A DNA stretch of 64,000 bases from the NCBI GenBank assembly GCA_963762145.1, contig CAVXJS010000009.1, positions 128,001 through 192,000 on the forward strand. Reading direction: 5' to 3'. The notes below the pieces were generated by a model. The model searched no databases and was not told the origin of the DNA. It saw only the letters and a list, made by a program, of their open reading frames with translations. The position numbers and the translations under genes were made by a program. The stretch's first letter is position 1. Every line of letters begins with the position of its first letter. Of the stretch, positions 53,813-64,000 are shown piece after piece. This stretch comes from an uncultured Candidatus Rokubacteria bacterium (GTDB taxonomy: Bacteria > Methylomirabilota > Methylomirabilia > Rokubacteriales > CSP1-6).

Positions 53813-55432
53813 CTACCGGTCCAGCCAGACCTTGTCGTAGTGCACTTCGAACTCGGCGTTGTACGTGTAGCCCTTCATCCACGGCTGCGCGACCATGTAG
53901 AAGGGCGAGCCGGAGATGGTGTTCCAGTACATGTTCTCGGTCATGTACTCCAGGAACTCCTTCCCGAGCGCCTTGCGCTTCGCCACGTCCAGCTCCCTGG
54001 CGTAGCGCGCGTAGTAGTCGTCCACCTTGGTGTCGGTGTGCCGCGGATGGCTCCACGCCGAGGACTTGGTGGAGACGTACGCGCTCGAGAGGTAGCCGTT
54101 GCTGTCGATGGTGAGCAGGGACAGGAGATCCTCCACGTACATGTCCCACGGCCCGTCCCCGAGGGTCGTGTTCATCCAGGAAACCTTGTCCACGAGCCGG
54201 ATGTTGGCGGTCACGCCGATGCGCGCGAGTTGCTCCTTGACCACGGTGGCGATGACGTTGAACACGCTCTTCTCGGTATTGGTCATCAGCTCGAGGGTCA
54301 GCGGCTTCGAGGGGCCGTAGCCCGCCTCGGCGAGGAGGGCCTTCGCCTTCGCCTGATCGTAGGGGCACAGGTGGTTGACGTTCACGGATTCGAGCGTACC
54401 CGGCGGAGCCATGCCCACCCAGGGCGTCGCCTGGCCCTTGAACGCGATCTTCACCACCTCCTGGCGGTCGATGCCGTGGCAGCCGATGGCCTTGCGGACC
54501 CGGACATCGCCGAAGATCGGGTGGGGCGCGCGGTCCGGCGACATTGGCTTGCCGTCCTTCGGGACGGTCACCTTCATCGCGGCCAGCATCGGCGTCGTTT
54601 CCTTGCCGGTCATGATCTGCGCCTTCGGGTTCTGGGTCCGCATCGTGTCCACGTGATCCGGGGAGAACGAGGCGACGAAGTCGATCTCGCCGGCCTTGAA
54701 GGCAGCCATCTCGGTGACCGGGTCCTTGATCACTCGGATGATGACCTTGTCGAGGTAGGGAAGCCCCGGCTGGAAGTACTTGTCGAAGCGCTCCATTAGG
54801 AGGTGGCTGCCCTTCACCCACTCGACGAACTTGAACGGCCCGCAGCCGATGATCGCCCCCGGCTTGCCCTGCTTGCGGTCGTCCACCCCGAACTTCTGGA
54901 TGGAGGCCGGCGAGAGGAGGACCAGCCCGGTGCGGTAGGCCGCGAGCATGTGCAGGAAGAACACGTAGGGCTGCTTGAGCCGGACCTGCACGGTCTGCGG
55001 GTCCAGGATCTCGATGCTGTGGACCGGCTCGTAGAAGGGGCGCATCCCGGACTTGGTGGCCGGGTCCATCATCCGCTCGATGTTGAACTTGACGGCGGCG
55101 GCGTCCACCGGGGTGCCGTCATGGAAGAGCACGTTCTTCCGGAGCTTGAACGTGTAGCTGAGCCCGTCGGGCGTGCTCTGCCAGGACTCGGCCGCGTCGC
55201 CCACGAACTTGCCGTCGGGGGTGATGTTGACGAGGCCGCAGCCGACGTTCATGGCGACCCACATCATTTCGTAGCCGGGGGCAGTGTGGAAATCGAGGTG
55301 GGCGATCTCGTTGCCGTAGCTGACGCGGAGCGTGCCTCCACGCTTCGGCGTCTGGGCCAGCGCCGTGCTGGAGACGAGGGCGAGCGAAAGCACCAGAGCG
55401 GTCGGGACGAGCAGGAAGGGTCGGAAGTTCAT
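53813..55432 (-). CDS. Family-5 ABC substrate-binding protein
   Basis: Signal peptide, PKRGGTLRV, FHDGTPVDAAAVKFN, GCGPFKF. Confidence 0.92.
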   Translation of the reverse strand: MNFRPFLLVPTALVLSLALVSSTALAQTPKRGGTLRVSYGNEIAHLDFHTAPGYEMMWVAMNVGCGLVNITPDGKFVGDAAESWQSTPDGLSYTFKLRKNVLFHDGTPVDAAAVKFNIERMMDPATKSGMRPFYEPVHSIEILDPQTVQVRLKQPYVFFLHMLAAYRTGLVLLSPASIQKFGVDDRKQGKPGAIIGCGPFKFVEWVKGSHLLMERFDKYFQPGLPYLDKVIIRVIKDPVTEMAAFKAGEIDFVASFSPDHVDTMRTQNPKAQIMTGKETTPMLAAMKVTVPKDGKPMSPDRAPHPIFGDVRVRKAIGCHGIDRQEVVKIAFKGQATPWVGMAPPGTLESVNVNHLCPYDQAKAKALLAEAGYGPSKPLTLELMTNTEKSVFNVIATVVKEQLARIGVTANIRLVDKVSWMNTTLGDGPWDMYVEDLLSLLTIDSNGYLSSAYVSTKSSAWSHPRHTDTKVDDYYARYARELDVAKRKALGKEFLEYMTENMYWNTISGSPFYMVAQPWMKGYTYNAEFEVHYDKVWLDR

Positions 55433-55626
55433 CGGCTTGACTCCTTCCGGCGACCGGTTGTCGCCGAGAAACCACGAGTGGGTCGTTACATGGGGTCAGG
55501 GCTCCTCTTGTCGAAAACGAGACGGATCACGCCAGCCATGCTCCCGGGGTCCGCCAGGAGGCGGACGAGGAATCGGGACGTTGCGGGAGTGTGCCCCCGG
55601 TTCCTACCGCTTTGCAACTGAATTCG

Positions 55627-56535
55627 TCAGATGACGCGGGGGTCCAGGGCATCCCGGAGCCGGTCGCCCACCAGGTTGATGGCGAGCACGGTGAGGAGGA
55701 TGGCCAGGCCGGGGAAGGTGGGGAACCACCAGGCCACGCTCACGAAATCCCGCCCGAGTGCGATCATATGGCCCCAGGTCGGATAGGCGCTTCCCGTCCC
55801 CACCCCCAGGAAGGACAGGGCCGCCTCCTGCAGGATGGCCTGGGCCACCTGCAGCGTGGACAGCACGATGATGGACGAGAAGGTATTGGGCAGCAGGTGG
55901 CGCAGGAGCGTGCGCAGGGGGCTCGCCCCGATGGCGCGGGCGGCCTCGATGAAGTCCTTCTCCCGCAGGGCGAGCACCTCCGCCCGCACCACCCGGGTAT
56001 AGCGCTCCCACCCGGTGAGGCCGAGGACGATGATGATGGTGATCAGGCTGGGGCCGAGCGCGGCCACGAAGGCGAGCGCGAGCAGGAGCTGGGGGAAGGA
56101 CAGCATCACGTCCACCACCGTCATGATCGCGGTGTCCACCCGTCCCTGCAGGAAGCCGCTCATGAGCCCCAGGGTGACTCCCACGGTCAGGCTGACCAGA
56201 ACCGCCGAGATCCCGACGATCAGCGAGACGCGGGCCGCGTGGATGATACGGCTCAGGATGTCACGGCCCACCTGGTCGGTGCCGAGCAGGTAGGTCGCCT
56301 TACCCCCCTCGGCCCACACCGGCGGGGTGAGTCGGCGGATCAAGCTCTGGCGCGTGTGCTCGTGCGGAGCCACGTAGGGCGCGAAGATGGCGGCGCCGAT
56401 GACGACCAGGAGGATCAGCGCGCCCGCGATCGCGGCCGGGTTGCGCACGAACTTGCGCCAGACCCGAGAGCGCTCCGTGGTGTGGCCGAGGCCGGCCGCA
56501 GCGTTCATGGGCGGCGCGAGGGTGCCGATGGCCAT
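55627..56535 (-). CDS. DppC-like ABC permease
   Basis: LLGTDQVGRDILSR, FIEAARAIGA, EAALSFLGVG. Confidence 0.93.
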   Translation of the reverse strand: MAIGTLAPPMNAAAGLGHTTERSRVWRKFVRNPAAIAGALILLVVIGAAIFAPYVAPHEHTRQSLIRRLTPPVWAEGGKATYLLGTDQVGRDILSRIIHAARVSLIVGISAVLVSLTVGVTLGLMSGFLQGRVDTAIMTVVDVMLSFPQLLLALAFVAALGPSLITIIIVLGLTGWERYTRVVRAEVLALREKDFIEAARAIGASPLRTLLRHLLPNTFSSIIVLSTLQVAQAILQEAALSFLGVGTGSAYPTWGHMIALGRDFVSVAWWFPTFPGLAILLTVLAINLVGDRLRDALDPRVI

Positions 56536-56540
56536 GACGC

Positions 56541-57455
56541 TCAGCGCACCCGGATCTGCGGATTCAGGTAGATGTACAGCAGGTCCACCGCGAAGTTCAC
56601 CAGCACCACCATCAGGGCGATCATGAACACGCCGGCCTGGACGATGGGGAAGTCGAGCTGACGGATCGCGCCGATGATGAGGCGGCCCAGTCCGGGGACC
56701 GCGAAGACGGTCTCGGTGATCACCGCGCCACCCAGGTTCAAGCTGAACTGCAACCCGGCCACCGTGACCAGCGGCAGCGCCGCATTGGTCAGGGCGTGGC
56801 GGCAGATGACGAACCACTCCGAGACGCCCTTGGCCCGCGCGGTGCGCACGTAGTCGAGGTTGATGACCTCCAGCATGCTCGAGCGGACGATTCGCAAGAG
56901 GAGAGGGGTCGAGAAGGTGGCCAGGGTGGCCGCGGGCAGCAGCAGCGCGGCCCAGCTCTCCCAGCCCGAGACCGGCAGCACGCGGAGCTGGACCGCGAAG
57001 AGCAGGATGAGCATGATCCCCGTCCAGAAGACGGGCATGGAGGTGCCGAGGAAGACGACGAGCGTGGCGGTGTGATCGAAGACGGAGTTGCGGCGGATCG
57101 CGCTCACGATGCCGATGGGCAGCGCGATGGCCAGGGACACCGTCATCGCGAGGAGGGTCAGGAGAACGGTGGTCGGCAGGCGGGCCAGCACCAGCGGCAG
57201 CGCCGGCTCGCGGTGGAAGAAGGACTGGCCGAAATCGCCGCGGACGATGTTGCTGACGAAGCGGGCGAACTGCACGGGCAGCGGGTCGTTGAAGCCCATG
57301 GACTGGCGCAGCACCGCCCGGTCGGACTCGGGCGCTTCCGGCATCATGAGCGCGACCGGGTCTCCGCTCGCCTGGAGGATCGCGAACGTGACCAGCGACA
57401 CGCCTACGAGCACCACCAGGAGGCGGGCGACCCGGCGCACGAGCACGGTGAACAC
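56541..57455 (-). CDS. DppB-like ABC permease
   Basis: SMPVFWTG, DYVRTARAKG, ETVFAVPGLG. Confidence 0.93.
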   Translation of the reverse strand: MFTVLVRRVARLLVVLVGVSLVTFAILQASGDPVALMMPEAPESDRAVLRQSMGFNDPLPVQFARFVSNIVRGDFGQSFFHREPALPLVLARLPTTVLLTLLAMTVSLAIALPIGIVSAIRRNSVFDHTATLVVFLGTSMPVFWTGIMLILLFAVQLRVLPVSGWESWAALLLPAATLATFSTPLLLRIVRSSMLEVINLDYVRTARAKGVSEWFVICRHALTNAALPLVTVAGLQFSLNLGGAVITETVFAVPGLGRLIIGAIRQLDFPIVQAGVFMIALMVVLVNFAVDLLYIYLNPQIRVR

Positions 57456-57496
57456 GTCGACCGCCTTACCTCAGCCCGAGCGCGGCGCCTCCGGGC

Positions 57497-59029
57497 CTAC
57501 CTGGCCGCGGGCTTGGCGTCATAGAGCCAGAGCCACTCGTCCGGTCGGGCCGCGTACTGCACCTTCTTCGAGATGCCCAGGGTGTCGTACTGCGTGTACA
57601 GGAAGATGGTCGGTGCCTCCTCCCGGATCATCTGCTGGATCTGCGTGTAGAGCCGCTTGCGCTTGGGCTGGTCCACGCTCGAGCGGGCTTCGTCGATGAG
57701 CTTGTCGAGCCCCTCCACGCGCGCGTACCACTTGCCGACCCAGCCGCCCGGCTCGGTGTGGTAGAGCGGATGCAGCACCGCGTCGGCGTCGAAGACCGAG
57801 TAGTTGCCCCAGGTCCCGTACCAGCCGTGGGTCGACTTGCCCTCCGACTGGAAGAACTTGTTCCACGCCGGGCCCGGATCCCACATCCGCGGGGTCGTGC
57901 GAATGCCGACCTCGGTGAGCATCTGGGAGACGGCCTCGAACGAGGGGCGATCCGCGACGGAGGCGCTGTGCAGCGTGATGTCCACCCCGTTCGGGAAGCC
58001 GGCCTGGGCGAGCAGCTCCTTGGCCTTCTTCTGGTCGAAGGGATAGGGCTTCACCTCGGCGTCGAAGCCGAAGGCGGGCGGCTGTACGGTGGTCGAGACC
58101 TGGGTGCCCAGTCCCGCCATCAGCTTCTGGATGATGGTCGGCTTGTCCACCGCGTAGTTCGCGGCCTGCCGGGCCGCCTTCTTGTCGAACGGGGCCGTGC
58201 GCATGTCCAGCCCGACGTAGTGCACGCGCAGGATCGGCGTCGAGGAGATGTAGGCCACCGGATGCGTCTTGAGCTCGGGAAGGATGTCCGCGGCGACGTT
58301 GCGGATGATGTCGACCCCGCCGGTCTTGATCTCGGCCACCTGGGTCGCCACCTCGGGGATGTTGCGGAAGTTCAGGTTCTTGAAGGCGGGCTTCCCGCGC
58401 CAGTGCTGGTCGAAGGCCTCGAGGCGGATGACCTGGTCCCGCTTCCACTCTACGAACTTCCAGGGGCCGGTGCCCACCGGAGACGTCGTCCCGAAAGCCT
58501 GGTCCCCCACCGTCTCGACGTGCTTCTTGTTCACGATCGGGAAGAACACGAGCCGCTCGAGCAGCAGCGGGAAGGGCTTGTCGGTGATGATGTGGACGGT
58601 CTCCGCGTCGACCACCTTCACTTCCTTGATCGCGCGGATATTGCCGTACTGGGGCGACTTCTTCGTCTGGTCGATGACCCGGTCGAAGGAGTACTTCACG
58701 TCCGCCGGGGTCAGCACGTCCCCGTTGTGGAAGCGGACGCCCTTGCGGATCTTGAACTCCCACTGGGTGTCCGAGAGCGCCTTCCACGAGGTCGCCAGCG
58801 ACGGCTCGAACTCGAGCTTGGTGCTCCGGTGCAGGAGCGAGTCGAACATGTTGATGTTCACGAGGATCCCGACCCGCTCGAAGTGCATGTGGGGATCGAG
58901 GGTCGGGGCGTGGGACACCAGGGCGACGGTCAGCGTGTCCTTGGCCTGGGCGGAGACGGCCGGGGGCACGGCGGCCAGCGCCAGGAGCGCCAGGACCAGG
59001 GCGGCAGCTAGTGGGGCGCATCGCTTCAT
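57497..59029 (-). CDS. Family-5 ABC substrate-binding protein
   Basis: GAGGAGG RBS, signal peptide, PTLDPH, PSLATSW, VGTGPWKF. Confidence 0.93.
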   Translation of the reverse strand: MKRCAPLAAALVLALLALAAVPPAVSAQAKDTLTVALVSHAPTLDPHMHFERVGILVNINMFDSLLHRSTKLEFEPSLATSWKALSDTQWEFKIRKGVRFHNGDVLTPADVKYSFDRVIDQTKKSPQYGNIRAIKEVKVVDAETVHIITDKPFPLLLERLVFFPIVNKKHVETVGDQAFGTTSPVGTGPWKFVEWKRDQVIRLEAFDQHWRGKPAFKNLNFRNIPEVATQVAEIKTGGVDIIRNVAADILPELKTHPVAYISSTPILRVHYVGLDMRTAPFDKKAARQAANYAVDKPTIIQKLMAGLGTQVSTTVQPPAFGFDAEVKPYPFDQKKAKELLAQAGFPNGVDITLHSASVADRPSFEAVSQMLTEVGIRTTPRMWDPGPAWNKFFQSEGKSTHGWYGTWGNYSVFDADAVLHPLYHTEPGGWVGKWYARVEGLDKLIDEARSSVDQPKRKRLYTQIQQMIREEAPTIFLYTQYDTLGISKKVQYAARPDEWLWLYDAKPAAR

Positions 59030-59148
59030 GCGGGTGTCCTCCTCAGTGTCACGGGAGCCGTGGGAGATGGGAGAGGGCGGCGGTGGCCTCAACGCTTTCG
59101 GTGCGTATACCACAAAGGCCCCACCCAGGACAATGCCCCGGGGGAACG

Positions 59149-61749
<2,601 letters not shown>

Positions 61750-62787
61750 TCAGCCGGACAGGCTGTAGGCGGCCACCGGCGCCTCCTTGCCGCGCAGGTC
61801 GAGCTCGCCGCACCGCCGGGCCAGGACGCCCGGCGGCAGCTCGAGCCGGCGCAGCAGCGCGTCCGACACGACGAGGTCCAGCCCCGCCCGCTTGGCGTAC
61901 TCCTCGAGCCGCGCCGCGGTGTTGAGGATGTCGCCGACGAAGACGATCTGCCGGCGCAGGTCCCCCAGCTCGCCCGCGGTGACCGTGCCGCCGTGGAGCC
62001 CGCCGCGGAAGCGCGGCACCGTGCCGAAGTCGCGCGTGTACCGCGCCGCCTCCCGGGCCACCGCGGCGCGGCCCCAGAAGAAGCAGCGGACGCAGTTGGC
62101 CGCGCGCACGCCCTCGGCGAGGGGCCACGTCACCACCACCTCGTCGCCCGCGTACTGGTAGATCTCCCCGCGCGAGGCCACGATCGGGTCGGTGAGGTCG
62201 TCCACGAAGCGCCGGAGCAGCTCGAAGTAGCGGGCGCTCCCCAGGCGCTCGGCCAGGGTCGTCGAGCCCTCGAGGTCGAGGAAGAGAAAGATGCGCTCCT
62301 CGGCGGTCGGACGATGGTAGCGCCCGGCCACGAAGTAGCGCAGCACGTTGGCGCCGATCATGCGGTTCATCTGCAGGGCGAACAGCATCGCCACCGCGAG
62401 GACCACGAAGTACGGCAGGGCGTAGTAGAGCAGATGCGGCTCGCCGAGGCTCGTCACGAAGCGCGAGGGGTCGCCGCTCGTCAGCACCTGCCCCAGGCCC
62501 CGCCCGATCAGGAACAGCGCCACCACCGTCACGCTGCTGATGGCCAGGTCCGCCACGAAGCGCCGCCGCCGGAACCAGGCGCGCAGATAGCCGTCCCGGA
62601 CGAGCTGCAGGTAGCCGCCCACGAGCCCGGTCACCAGCACGCCGTCGACCACCCCCTGGACCGCGGAGCGGAGCGTGGGCGCGCTCGTCAGCACGTTGAA
62701 GATCGGCGTGACCGCGCAGACCGCCAGCATCATGACCCCGATCTGGCGGAGCTGGATGCGTGCGCGGCTGTCCCCGCGGCCGATCAC
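61750..62787 (-). CDS. Membrane-bound class III adenylate/guanylate cyclase
   Basis: About four N-terminal TMs, FLFLDLEGST, YAGDEV, GDILNTAARLE, LRGK. Confidence 0.87.
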   Translation of the reverse strand: MIGRGDSRARIQLRQIGVMMLAVCAVTPIFNVLTSAPTLRSAVQGVVDGVLVTGLVGGYLQLVRDGYLRAWFRRRRFVADLAISSVTVVALFLIGRGLGQVLTSGDPSRFVTSLGEPHLLYYALPYFVVLAVAMLFALQMNRMIGANVLRYFVAGRYHRPTAEERIFLFLDLEGSTTLAERLGSARYFELLRRFVDDLTDPIVASRGEIYQYAGDEVVVTWPLAEGVRAANCVRCFFWGRAAVAREAARYTRDFGTVPRFRGGLHGGTVTAGELGDLRRQIVFVGDILNTAARLEEYAKRAGLDLVVSDALLRRLELPPGVLARRCGELDLRGKEAPVAAYSLSG

Positions 62788-62810
62788 TCGACCCTCGTCG
62801 CGGCGACCCG

Positions 62811-63879
62811 CTACGCGTCGCGGAAGTGCGGCATGACCTCCCGGGCGAAGAGCTCCATGGAGCGGCGGATCTTGTCCTGGGGCAGGCCGCCGAAGTTCAT
62901 CCAGCAGAGCACGTGGCCGATGCCCATGGCGCGCATGGCCTCGATGTGGCGGGCCACCGTGTCCGGCGAGCCGAAGGCGACGGTCTCCGCCACCAGGCCC
63001 TCCCACGTGACCTTCTTGAACCGCTCGGCGGCGGCCCGGAACCCGGGCTGCAGGCTCGGATGCGCGTCCTCGATGCGCTCGGGCACCTGGAAGCGCCGCA
63101 GCGAGTCCTGGTACCACATCTCGGCGTCCTTGGCCTCGGCGAGGGCCTGCGCGTCGGTGGCGGCCACGTAGATCTGGCGGGACACGCCCCAGTCCTTCAT
63201 CAGCCCGGCGATCTCGGCCTCGGTGCGCCCGTGCTTGCGCAGCGCGGTGAGGTAGCTGTCGCGCCGCTTGACGAGCTGGTCCATCGGCCCGGTGAGGAGC
63301 GAGTTCAGCATGGGCCAGCCGCGCGCGGCCGAGCTCTCGATGCCGTCGTCGCTGCCGCAGACCTGGTAGATCGGCGGGATGGGGCCGCTGCCAGGGCTTC
63401 GGGATCACCCGGGTCTCGCCGATCGTGAAGAAGCGCCCCTCGTGGGCGAAGCGATCCTCGGTCCAGGCCTTGAGCATGATGTCCACGGCCTCGTCGAAGC
63501 GCTCGCGGTTCTCCTGCTGGGGCACGTGGTAGCCCTGGAACTCGGCCGGGCGGTTGCCGCGCCCCACGCCCACGTCGAGCCGGCCCTTCGACATGATGTC
63601 GATCAGCGCCATCTGCTCGGCCAGCCGCAAGGGATGGTGGAACGGCAGGATGGCCGCGGCCAGGCCGATGCGCACCCGGCTGGTGCGGGCGGCCGCGGTG
63701 GCGGCCAGGCTGGCCGGATCCACCGACAGGCCGTAGTCGATGAAGTGGTGCTCGGTGAGCCAGATCTGATCGAACCCGAGCTCCTCCGTCCACACCATCT
63801 GCTCGATCTCGCGATGGATGACCTCGGCGTGGGTGAGGCCGGGGGCGGCCTGGAAGAAGTAGAAGGTCCCGAAGCGCAT
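62811..63879 (-). CDS. LLM-class flavin-dependent oxidoreductase, frameshift near 63378
   Basis: EELGFDQIWLTEHHF, HPLRLAEQ..D..SKGRLDVGVGRG, FGSPDTV, FAREVMP. Confidence 0.92.
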
Positions 63880-63888
63880 GCTACCGAG

Positions 63889-63898
63889 GATTATAATC
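63889..63898. promoter_or_regulatory. Palindromic bidirectional -10 element
   Basis: GATTATAATC reads TATAAT on both strands in a 35-bp divergent gap. Confidence 0.6.
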
Positions 63899-63914
63899 AC
63901 GCCGGAGGCACTCC

Positions 63915-64000
63915 ATGGAGACCAAAGTCGACGAGATCGCCGAGCGGATCTATCGCCTGTCCACGTTCTTGCCCGCCGTCGGGCCGCGCGGCCTCACGTT
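63915..64000 (+). CDS. N-terminus of a probable MBL-fold/flavodiiron-like protein (partial)
   Basis: GGAGG RBS; METKVDEIAERIYRLSTFLPAVGPRGLT. Confidence 0.55.
   Translation, partial: METKVDEIAERIYRLSTFLPAVGPRGLT

Noticed and set aside
61750-63900. 716-aa LLM-cyclase fusion
   Set aside because: Artefact of a frameshift near 63378; the LLM C-terminus has its own stop at 62811.

Overview
A very GC-rich bacterial chromosomal segment. The gene content (many family-5 ABC cassettes, a giant bEBP-cyclase-STAND-TPR regulator) resembles Candidatus Rokubacteria/Methylomirabilota; this is inference only. About 55 CDSs were identified, with no rRNA, tRNA, CRISPR array or recognisable transposase/integrase. 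Many genes at ~0-3.2, 12-13.6, 19.5-21.1, 41-52 and 60-63 kb are split by single-base indels, most likely long-read errors. Standouts: (1) a self-contained sigma54 module, with a 1370-aa enhancer-binding protein (AAA+/HTH first, then degenerate cyclase, STAND NTPase and TPRs) divergent from a MucR/Ros zinc-finger gene whose upstream region has a -24/-12 promoter, an IHF-like site and UAS-like repeats; (2) an adjacent ATP-grasp gene followed by three tandem 26-bp Shine-Dalgarno repeats and a 69-aa Lys/Arg-rich peptide; (3) a plant-type threonine synthase and cystathionine gamma-synthase pair; (4) a TAXI-TRAP/amidohydrolase/UbiD/triple-Rid catabolic cluster after a rhodanese/MST/thiol-dioxygenase/Prx6 sulfur cluster; (5) a TIGR03790-like gene inserted into tesA-ybbAP between direct repeats; (6) a plant/fungal-type zincless Fpg; (7) four dpp/opp cassettes without ATPase genes.
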